A stretch of 63,705 nt of DNA, counting the filler, from Bonamia ostreae (Eukaryota), in NCBI GenBank assembly GCA_040357525.1. It is 10 parts of 10 records of this genome, joined end to end, with 100 filler letters (N's around TTAATTAATTAA, not from the genome) between each part and the next. Parts side by side here need not be neighbours in the genome. Positions count along the whole stretch, not along the records: positions 6,420 to 12,738 come from JBDODL010000132.1; positions 12,839 to 19,149 come from JBDODL010000133.1; positions 19,250 to 25,558 come from JBDODL010000134.1; 7 more parts are not named here. One strand, written 5' to 3'. Positions 9,932 through 19,887 of the stretch are shown piece after piece. The notes under the pieces were generated by a model. The model was not told the DNA's origin and searched no databases. It worked only from the letters and a program-made list of their open reading frames with translations. The translations under genes were made by a program, and so were the position numbers. Every line of letters starts with the position of its first letter. Position 1 is the first letter of the stretch.

Positions 9932-12454
9932 ATGAGAAAGCCGAACAAAGAAAAACCGAACAAAACGAAAGAACTGATTTGCGTTAGGTTTCATTAACTT
10001 GAAATAAAAGAATCGCCAAAATGGGCGTCGGCTTCATCGAAGTTGGTCCGAAAGACAATCTGTCCACAGTCCGAGCGATCATTTCCGGAACTTTCGACGA
10101 TGTCCAGAAAGAAATGTTGACGGCGTCGTTCAATTTTCTGTACAACGGCTTCATCATCAGCAAACGCCAAGAGGAAAAACTCATTCCCGTCGAGTTCCTC
10201 AAATTGTCTCGAAGACTGACCTCCGACGGCAAACGGCCACACAGAATCCTCGAAGTGCGCCCGAAAATGAAAGATTTGGACCTGGCCAAGCTCACTTATT
10301 CGACTGAAGACAAATCAGACAACGAAATGAGCAGTCTGATCCACGAGCCTTACGTCAGTCCCAATCTCTCCAACAAAAACATCGGCGGCGTTCATTTTAG
10401 CAACGAACCCGTTTCGACTGAATAACCAAAATTTTNNNNNNNNNNNNNNNNNNNNNNNNNNNNNNNNNNNNNNNNNNNNNNNNNNNNNNNNNNNNNNNNN
10501 NNNNNNNNNNNNNNNNNNNNNNNNNNNNNNNNNNNATCGGCGGCGTTCATTTTAGCAACGAACCCGTTTCGACTGAATAACCAAAATTTTCAATTAAATT
10601 TGTAAAATTTGTAAAATTATCAATATTTTTCGAACAATCGAAAGGAACACAAAGAAGACATGCACTTAGAGCTGCCGCCCACAGTTCTATCGAGAGCGCA
10701 CGACAGAAAACATTTGAAGATAAAAGCGTCGAGCTCAGACTCGTTCACGGTATCCAATTTGTCGGGGGAAAAGCGCACTCGGCGTTCGCGGTTGGATTCG
10801 AACCGTTGTCGGAAAAGAATGACTTTGATCGGCTATCCTTACGGCTCCAAAGCGACATCGTTGGAATATATCGAATCGATCGATCAGTCTGCGACCGAAC
10901 CTTTTTGGTTGGATATTCAAGCTGCGAGCCATTTGGAAATCGAGCGAATCGGAAAAGTCTTCGGCGTCCACCCGCTGACCGTCGAAGACATTTCTCTCCG
11001 CGATTCGAGAGAAAAACTAGAAATTTTTAGCCAGGTTTCGATTCTTGTTCGAATTTAAAGTATTTGCTGTCACCAATATTTAAAGTATTTGCTGTCAACA
11101 ATATTTAAAGTATTTGCTGGTCATATTCTACTCTGAACATTTCATAATGCAACGCGACGCGGTCGAAAACCCGATTTCGTTGCTGTTGTTCTCAAATTTT
11201 ATCATTTCGTTTCATAACGGTTTCTTCAAATTTGAGTAAAAGACGAAGAAAAATCGATCGAGCACTTGATCTCGAAAATAACAAAATTGGAGACGATATC
11301 GATCAGAAGTCCTTCCTGGGTTTGCTACGCGATTCTCGATAGCGTTGTCGACGATTTGATACCGGTTCGAATCGTTTCAATGAAAGGTCGCAGACAAGGT
11401 GTTGAATGAAATTATCTTGGTCGAAGAAATCGGGCACACTTTTGGGGCAGAAGACCACAATGAATTTTTGGCTGTTATTTTACAAAAATTTTTTAGCGGG
11501 TGTCCAAAACGAGGAGAAACATTACAATGCTGCGCCAAAGATTGTGGCCGAAGCAGAACATGTTGAGCAACATGATTAGCAAAACTTATCGGAATTTTTT
11601 GAGAGACGTCTCGCTTCCTTATTTTAGAGATTGCCAAGAACATATCGTTTTTAATTGTTCGACAGCAAATCGAAAAATAAGTTAAACAGAGTCGAAAAAA
11701 CAAATTAAAAAATGTAGAAAATTTAAAAACGTCGAAAATTAAAAAAAAAGTCGAAAATTAAAAAAAAAGTCGAAAATTAAAAAATTTCGAAAATAAAAAA
11801 TAAAAAGTCGAAAAATTAAAAATTTAAAAAAGTCGAAAATTAAAAAAAAGTCGAAAATTAAAAAATGTCGAAAATTAAAAAAAGTCGAAAATTAAAAATA
11901 AAAGAAATTTCGAAAATTAAAAACAAATAAAATCTAAAATTAAAAACAAATAAAATCGAAAATTAAAAATTTAAAAACGTCGTAAATTAAAAAATTTCAA
12001 AAATTAAAAATAAAAAAAGTCGAAAATTAAAAATAAAAAAAAGTCGAAAATAAAATAAAAAAAATCGAAAATTAAAAATAAAAAAAATCGAAAATTAAAA
12101 ATTTCAAAAAGTCTAAAATGATAAATTCGTTGGAAATACAACACGAAAATCTGAATAACATCCAAAGCATGTTTCTTGCAAAAGTATCATTGGAGGTAGC
12201 GGAAAGTTCTCACAAGTTGGACAACGGTTTTTACAAACAAAAAAAAAGTTGCGAAAAGATTCGGATCCTTTGCCACGATAATGCTCCCTTTAACTTTTGT
12301 CACAGGTCTGCTTGGGATGAATGTGACGGTTCCTTTTCAAACTTCCATTGCAGACAGAGATCCTCACGCAATCGCTTTTTACGTTGTCCTACTCGTGATG
12401 GTGATTTGTGGAGCTGGAGCTTCTTTTATTTTAAGGAAGAAGGGGCTTATGTAA
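9932..12454 (+). CDS. CorA/ALR1/MNR2-family Mg2+ transporter with an extra N-terminal beta-grasp-like domain
   Basis: FWLDIQ...FGVHPLTVEDI...REKLE, WVCYAILDSVVD and GLLGMNVTVP (GMN signature); multiple GT-AG introns; stop TAA 12452-12454. Confidence 0.85.
11700..12111. repeat. Degenerate ~16-20 bp minisatellite (AAAAAGTCGAAAATT) filling an enlarged CorA intron
   Basis: Many imperfect TCGAAAATTAAAAA units between donor 11647 and acceptor 12111. Confidence 0.8.
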
Positions 12455-12543
12455 TAAATACGCTTTATTTTTTATCTGTTGTTATAGATATTGGCACAGT
12501 TTAGTCAAAGAGGATATCAATTTATTATTTGAAGTTTTTATTC

Positions 12544-12738
12544 TGCAATTTTTACGTCCAATTTGAATAAAAATTTGATTTTTTTATCAAATAAAAATCA
12601 TCGCGTTTTTATTTGCAATTTTTACGTCCAATTTGAATAAAAATTTGATTTTTTTATCAAATAAAAATCATCGCGTTTTTATTTGCAATTTTTACGTCCA
12701 ATTTGAATAAAAATTTGATTTTTTTATCAAATAAAAAT
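12544..12738. repeat. 70-bp tandem repeat, about 2.8 copies, running into the scaffold end
   Basis: TGCAATTTTTACGTCCAATTTGAATAAAAATTTGAT... starts at 12544, 12614 and 12684. Confidence 0.9.
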
Positions 12739-13100
12739 NNNNNNNNNNNNNNNNNNNNNNNNNNNNNNNNNNNNNNNNNNNNTTAATTAATTAANNNNNN
12801 NNNNNNNNNNNNNNNNNNNNNNNNNNNNNNNNNNNNNNCATTCTCGTCGACGCAATGTGCGCTTTTGCACAAAATGGACACATCGCGATTTCTGAGTTAA
12901 CACTGAACTTTGTCTTTCTGGGTTTCGCTATGAAAAAATTACCCACTCTAAAATCCGAGCCTTTACAGATTGGCGTAGTCGTGCGCTATTTTTATAGAAG
13001 GCAAATTTATTGTTTAAGTAGAAATTTTAATATTGAAAAGTTCCCATAACTTTATTGCTTGGAAAAAAATTTTTTTCCTCAAATAAGTGTTTACAAAAAT

Positions 13101-14391
13101 TTACTTTTCTTCTTTTATTTTCTCCGATCTTCTTTTTTCTATAATTTCATAGGCTCTTTGTATCCGTAGGAAGATATGCTTTTGTTCTTCCTTCGAGTAA
13201 TTCGGTACATTTTTGTCCGGGTGCCATTTTAGCGCCAGCTTGCGATATCTTCCCTTTATCTCTTCCAAACTGGCATTTTCGTCTATTTTCAAGAATCGAT
13301 AAGCTGAAATTTCCTTATTTCGCTCCATTCGATCCACAATCAGATCGTTTAATTCGTCCATCATTCCACGCCATCCTATTCTTTGTATCTCTCTGCTAAA
13401 GAAGTTGTACCCGTTTGTTATAGCTTTCCACAACTTAAAATGCGTATAAAAACATCGGAGCCAACGACCTCGGATATGATGTCTCTGAAATAATATTTGG
13501 TTTTGAGAGTATCCCCTTTCTCTTCGTATGTAAATGTTATTCCGGCATGAAAAACCACCGCGGTTATTATTGAGCAATAGAACAGCAAAATGGAAACCAA
13601 CAATTTTAATTTTGGGAGTAAGAAGTTTAGCAATGCAGTGTATATTTCTTTAAAGCCATAGCGCACTCTTATTACAATAAACTTTTTCGCATCTTCGTTT
13701 ATGTTTTTATGGCCGTCGAGTCTTTTTGATCTATATTGAAAATACGCGACACCCACTTTTAAAAATTATTTCAAGATTATAAAAATTACTTGCGATATTG
13801 AATACGATCGATTCTTCTCCGAAAAAGGCATTCGCTAGATTTAGCACTCCTAAGACCCTCCAGAAATTGCAATCCAAATTTGAAACTTTTCCAACTTTGG
13901 AAATAGCCAACGCAATCCCAAAATTCGCGAGAGCCTCGTTTAGGAGCGAATGAGACGTTTCTAGAATGTTCCGAACATTCTCTGTATCAAACAAATTAGT
14001 TTCTCCCGAATAAAAATATTGCAGCAAATATTCCAAAAAATTTTCAAAGTCTCTTAAAGGCGGCAACAAATAAAAAAATACGTAGTAGAAGTAAAGTCCG
14101 AAAAAAATTTGCCCGAAAATGGCGATGAAAGAAATTTCGGGCGCTAAAGAGGTTGTATTGTTTTTTTGTTTTTGTTTGGCGTACTTTGGAATGTTGAAGA
14201 AATCATAAATTAAGCCGACTGAGAAGAAATTGAAGGATATTAAAGACAGAAAGGCGTGTTCGTAGCGCTCTAATTTTGATTATTTGAGCAAAATTAAATT
14301 TCAATGCAAAACCTAATATAATCAAATGAGAAGCGAAAAGTCCGGAGGTTATATAACAAACATAGGCCGAAACTGCATCAGAATTGATCAT
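13101..14391 (-). CDS. DNAJC22: DNAJC22/Wurst-like membrane protein (N-terminal TM2-like segment, TM helices, C-terminal J domain)
   Basis: N-terminal SAYVCYITSGLFASHLIILG; C-terminal GWRGMMDEL...AYRFLKI...YRKLALKWHPDKN; frames joined by ~20-nt introns (e.g. gtttttatacgcattttaag). Confidence 0.75.
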
Positions 14392-14594
14392 TCTACGATT
14401 TTTTATTTAACTAAATTTGATATAAATGCAAATTCTTTGATTTAACAAAAAATCGAGAAAGAAGTTGTTTTTATGGGTTCCATGTTGCAATAAAATTTTC
14501 CCACATCCCACCCCGCTAAAACCACGCGGACCTCGTTCGTCCGTAGTAAATATTTTAACATGAACCGTTTTCTAAAATAATTCTTGGTCAAAAA

Positions 14595-15250
14595 TCAAAT
14601 CAAATCTCTCCACATTCCTATTCCTCCTTTGTCGATTGTTATTTTTCCTGTAGACTCGAGAAATGTAAAAAATGAATCAAAAAATAGAATCACCTATTTA
14701 CAAAGTCTAGTAAAAATAGAATATCCTCGATTTCAGAGCATTTTCTCAAGGCAAATTGTTTAGACTCATTCAGGTCATCCATTTCTTTGAACATCTAAAT
14801 TAAAAAATTACTTTTTATGGAAACTTTGCCGAGGGACAACAAAAAATCCAATTTGTTTTCAATAACTTTACACTCGTTTTCAAGTTTGGCGACACTATCA
14901 GGCAAATTTGTGGACTGAATATTTTGCCAAAAACTTTTTTTTAATTCAGTTGCACCTATTCTACACTCAAATTTTGGTTTTGTGGCTACAATGTTTTTCT
15001 TTTTGTGAACCGCTTTCGATATTTTTTCAAACTTTTATAATAGTTTAAAAACTGTGTAGGCGAATTTACTTTTATTTGAAAATTCCAAGTTTGTCCGAGA
15101 CAACGTGTTCTTTTCTTTCGCATCTTGATTGAAAACGTCAAATTCAAACATCCTTCTAAATCTTTGCAAATCTTTTAGCAAACAAATTAAATCTAACATC
15201 CTTCTCTCAGAAAAAATAACTTTTCCGTTTTTTCTTTGCAAAATATTTTG
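14595..15250 (-). CDS. Hypothetical multi-exon protein
   Basis: Open segments (MFKEMDDLNESKQFAL..., ...GKITIDKGGIGMWRDLI*) separated by micro-intron-like spacers; start uncertain. Confidence 0.35.
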
Positions 15251-15311
15251 ACGGACTAAATTATATTAAGGCCGTTTATATATTAACGTTTTTAGCCACA
15301 ACCCTTCAGAA

Positions 15312-17461
15312 ATGGCTTCTAATAATCTGGGATTGTATTTTAAAAAGAAAATCGATTTGCTGGTAAACAAGAAGAGTTTTCATTACGTCACATAAACTAG
15401 AAAACAAAATCCGGATAAGCTATGAAACATCGGTTAGTGATAAGTCCCAGAGAATTGCCATTAAAGCAACTCTAAAAAATTCCCCCTTAAAAGCAGACGG
15501 CTTTTTCCAGTGGTTCCATAAAAGCGAAGATTCAAATCGATTAAAACTAATTTTAAACTCCTTCTCCGACAGCCACGTTATATCCGTAGACGATTTTATG
15601 CAAAAGTTTTATAGAGACCATCTTTCCGTTAGCATTCTGATAAGATACAATTTCAACGACAAAAGCGAGCATTCGGAATTCTGTGCTGTCCCGATTGGCG
15701 ATTTCGGCGCCAAATATTATTCCGACTTGACAGACAAAGCAAAAAACGCGCTAAAAAGCTTAATAGATAACGGGCACATAGACTTTCATGTCTTTGACAA
15801 AAGCGACAATTTGTTTTCTTTGAGGTTTCCCTCGTCCGAAGCAATAACAAAAGAGTCGAAAGAGAGCAAATGCGTCTGAACCAACTCGTTCTCAACGAAA
15901 GTTCCGCGCACAACCAAAATTTCGGATTCGGCCGGCCAATCCACGTAAGACTCCCCAACGCTAAAAGATCATCGTCCCGACGGGAAATTCGAAGACTTTC
16001 CAGCTGTTCGATTTGGCGGGCGAAAAGACGATCGCGCAATGTAATCAAATTACCAATCTAGTTAAAGCCAAGTCGCACTTGGAAAGAGACCTGATAACTT
16101 TGCTGCTGCGCAAAAAGTTCAACAACGACCAAAAGTACTTCGACTTCTGCTCCGACCCCCACAAACAACTCGAAAACAAGTCGTTCGTCTTCAACAAAAC
16201 GAACTCGGCCGACTACTTTGCAAACCTGCGGGAAATCAAGGACAAGTCTTCGTTGCACGTTTTTCAACTTAACCGAAAGTTGGACTTGTTCGCAGCGGAA
16301 ATCGATTTTTTGGAGCATCTGAAAAGAGAATGCAGCAGAAACGCGAATAAACGTTTTAATTCCAACGTCAAGTCGCCGCGGAGAACAAAGTCTTGTTGAA
16401 GCGCAAAAACGACATCCAAAACGAAATAAATGTTTTGAGCTTAATCTCCAAAGAAAAGCAGCGTCGACGATTCGATCAAAGACAAAGCTTCCTTGCAACA
16501 CGGAATCAAGTTGTTTGACGAAGAGTCGGCAAAGATCATATCGCAGATAAGAAAAACAAACGAGTCGTCCGTAAAATCGAACAAATTGGAACAGCGATTG
16601 GCCGAAAACAGCAAATCGGCCAAAAAGGATCTCAAACTTGTTATTTTTCGTTTAACGCCAGAGAGTTCTCGAATTGGAAAAACAGAGATCTCAACTTGCC
16701 AAAATGGCCGCAAAAGAAACGACCACTAAAAAACTGGTTTGAAAACTAAAGAACTCAAAAATAGCTCAGAACTCAAGAAGAAAACAAAAACAGCTCGGAG
16801 GCGATTTTGAAAACAGAAAAAGAGGCGATGAAGCGATTTCGCCAAATCGCGAACCAAAGTTTCAGAATCGAACGGGAAAATGCCGAAGCGAAGCAGAGAA
16901 TAAAAAATCTCATCTCCGAGTCCAATCTGTACAAAGAAGTTTTGATTAAAACGCGAAAGCAAAAACGCAGATTGGAGTTTGAAAAGTCGCGAGAAACCGT
17001 CCAGGAAATATTCGATTCCATAACGACGAAATCAGACAACAACCACGTCAGCAATGGCGATAAGTTGGACATCGCAAATTTCGACGATTATGTTGACAAC
17101 TTTTTTCTCCAAAAAGGCTTTTAATGATCAAATTTTGATTTTGTTTTCTGATTTTATGCGGAATGTAAAAATGTTTAGAGATAATGGAGGAAAATCACAG
17201 AAAAGACAAAAAAAGCAGCGGGGGAAACCTTTTTAAAGACAAAAGTTTACAGAAAGAGTTTCTGTTCTAATTTAAAGATGTCTGATCGAATTCGTGAAGT
17301 CCAAAATCAAGGAAATAGAGGAAATGAATGAGAAGATAAGAGAGGTTGACGCGAAAATCGAGCAAATGAAAAATTTGGAAAGCAAAAAGGATGACGTTGT
17401 GCGAAATGTACAGTTTTCGTTAAAAGGGAGCGATGACAGCAGCAGTAGCATCAATGAATAA
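15312..17461 (+). CDS. Ig-like plus PH-like plus long coiled-coil protein (SCAB/AIR9-like cytoskeletal architecture)
   Basis: Spliced reading gives FFQWFHKS...LI...ISVDD (Ig-like), DFHVFD...IIVPTGNSKTFQL...KAKSHLERDLITLLLRK (PH-like terminal helix), then coiled coil. Confidence 0.55.
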
Positions 17462-17589
17462 TTTTTTAAATTTTTTTCTGCGTTTCCAAATTTATTTTTG
17501 TTCAACCAATCTTCACTTTCCTTTTCGAAGCTTTCTTCGTCAAAAATCCCATTCTCTCTGTTTTCAAAATTAACATCAACTAATTTACT

Positions 17590-18300
17590 TTATTGTTTTA
17601 AGAATCTACAAAATGTCTGCTTATTGTTTTATTATTAGGTAGTCGTGACCCAATCTTTGTAAGTTGATGTATCCTTTCCAACCGTCAGTAATAATTCGAG
17701 ACTAAGATTACTTTTCGTGGATAAGGTTACTTCGCATTCTTCTGAAGTTCTTCTTAATGCGAACCTCTCAAAAAGCATCATAATATTCTAATTGTTGTGC
17801 CAACATAAAGGTGACTTCCAAAAAACATAGTCCCGTTTTTGTAATTCTCCCGTGTAGATTTTAAACGATCCAGTTGAGTTACCTCTATATTCATGTTGTT
17901 TCGTAGCTGTTCGTGAACTAGATCTCCATTTGCTTTTTCAGCAAAAATTTTGAATCAACGTTGAAACTTCGTTGAATATTGCTTTTCCTCTAAGCATTTT
18001 GGCGGCTCGGAAAAGTGAACGAGTTCATCTTTAATCTAGAGGAAGAACTCGTGTTTCAAATCTAGATTGAAGATGAACTCGTTCACTTTTCCGAGCCATA
18101 GACATAGTTAAATACCCGTTGAAACTAATAAAGACATAGTTAAATGAATTAAGCCAACTTGTCTCTTCTTGTTTTGGAGATGTCTCCCCAAATTTCTGAC
18201 CTTTATACAAGTGTTTAATATAAATAGCGTGATCTACGTCTGTTAACAACATTCGTCATTAGAATGAGACATTTTCCTTAAAATTGATGATCTAAAGAAC
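17590..18300 (-). pseudogene. Decayed Merlin/IS1595(ISXO2)-like DDE transposase
   Basis: Minus strand 17637-17702 reads SRIITDGWKGYINLQRLGHDYLII, then HFVDS after a frameshift, matching the TDGWxxY..L...GY.H..VNH...FVD motif; stops and frameshifts present. Confidence 0.7.
18004..18097. repeat. 37-bp near-perfect inverted repeat with a 20-nt spacer
   Basis: Arms 18004-18040 and 18061-18097 are reverse complements with one mismatch. Confidence 0.95.
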
Positions 18301-19254
18301 CAAGTGGCTTTTATAAAGTATTTCCAAGTGGCTTACATGGTATTTCCAACGAGGACTCTTATAAAGTATTGTTACCGTCTCTACAAATTAAATTATTCCC
18401 GTCTAAAAGAACTTTGGCGGAAGATAATTTTATTCTCTTTCTTGCAAAAGGAAGAGAATAAAATTAAATTATACTACACATTTCCTATACGAAAATGCGA
18501 GTTCAAGTTTTTTTAACTTTTAAAATTGAAGTATTGTTTAATCTGGATTGACTTACCTCCAGATTTTTGCCCTTTGTCCAGATCGTAAGATCGTCGGCAT
18601 ATTGCGAACAAAACTATAAATGTAGATGTTGGAATTAGTATGGAATAAATAGTATGTTATGGAATAGCATATGGTACCCTCTTTTAAACACCAAGTTTAC
18701 AGACGTTTCATTATTGTAAGGTGTGTTTATTTTTCGTTACTTTTTATTTGTTATTTTGCTATTTCCTTTTTTAAATTTTTTATTCGACTAAACTTATTTT
18801 CCTTTTCAGGTGAAGGCAAATTTAAGAGGACCTCTTGACAATATAAATTATATTTTTATTGTGACGTTTATAGTAAATCATAAAATGTTTATTTGTTTGT
18901 TTCAACTTCGTAAATAAATTTATAGTTTTTTGCATTTAATTTTATACAGGAAGCTATTTGTTGGAATTAAACCCAATCTCGTTTGGTACCACATTTAATA
19001 CAGATATTAATTCCCCCTCTATTATCAATAGATACCGATATTAATTTTCAACAGATATCAATTTCATACAGATATTAATTTTTCCTACCTTGTTTTGAAA
19101 CGTCAAATTTTTTATAATAAAACGACATAATCGCGTACGCAGACGGTTTNNNNNNNNNNNNNNNNNNNNNNNNNNNNNNNNNNNNNNNNNNNNTTAATTA
19201 ATTAANNNNNNNNNNNNNNNNNNNNNNNNNNNNNNNNNNNNNNNNNNNNATTAT

Positions 19255-19848
19255 TTATATTTGGTCAAAATCAAAATCGTCAAAGTTATCGTTGTATTCG
19301 AGAATGTGTTTTTTGATTTTGGAGCCGGGGACCCAAGTGACATAGTCTTCCATTGTGCGCGTTACGAGAAAAGCCGGATCGATGATCGTGTTCGGACCGA
19401 CTCTGACGTCTTAAATTAATTGTTAGAACGGCCTTGCTCGACCAAAGTAGTCGCTTCTTTCAGGTTTTCGGCCATCTTGCTCATTTGCATTATGACTGGC
19501 AAACGGCGTCTGCAGAATGCCGACGCTGGAATTCTGTCGCACTGTTCCAGACTTTTGATTGTTTTGATCACGCCCAAATTGTAGCTTAAAATAGTTTAAA
19601 GCGAACAGCTTAAGTAGCAGCTCTTTGGTGATTTTTTTCCTGATGATGTCTGTTTCGTCCAGCAGTTTCAGTTTCGCGGACAGTTTCCTTATTTTTCCCG
19701 TCAGTCTGTTGTAGCTCACGTAGTCTTCCCTATTTTGTATTCTGTAGCGCCTCAAAATGCGCACTTCCCTCACGTTATCGTCGGATTTCCAATCGTAGAG
19801 ATTGACCTTTTTCAGGAGTTTCTTCTCATGATGTTTGAGCTTCCGCAT
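19255..19848 (-). CDS. IMP3: U3 snoRNP protein IMP3
   Basis: [15 protein letters not shown]...[11 protein letters not shown]; 22- and 20-nt introns restore KLYNLGVI and EQGHVRVGP...[16 protein letters not shown]. Confidence 0.95.
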
Positions 19849-19887
19849 TAAAGCGCAATATACAGAGTTTGTTTAAAAGAGCCAGAA

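Noticed and set aside
10381-10590. 55-bp direct repeat flanking the N gap (likewise at about 30308-30517)
   Set aside because: Identical sequence on both sides of a fixed 100-N gap indicates unmerged overlapping contig ends.
18549-18620. ACTTACCT resembling the U1 snRNA 5' end
   Set aside because: No convincing U1 stem-loops or Sm site follow; lies within transposon-like debris.
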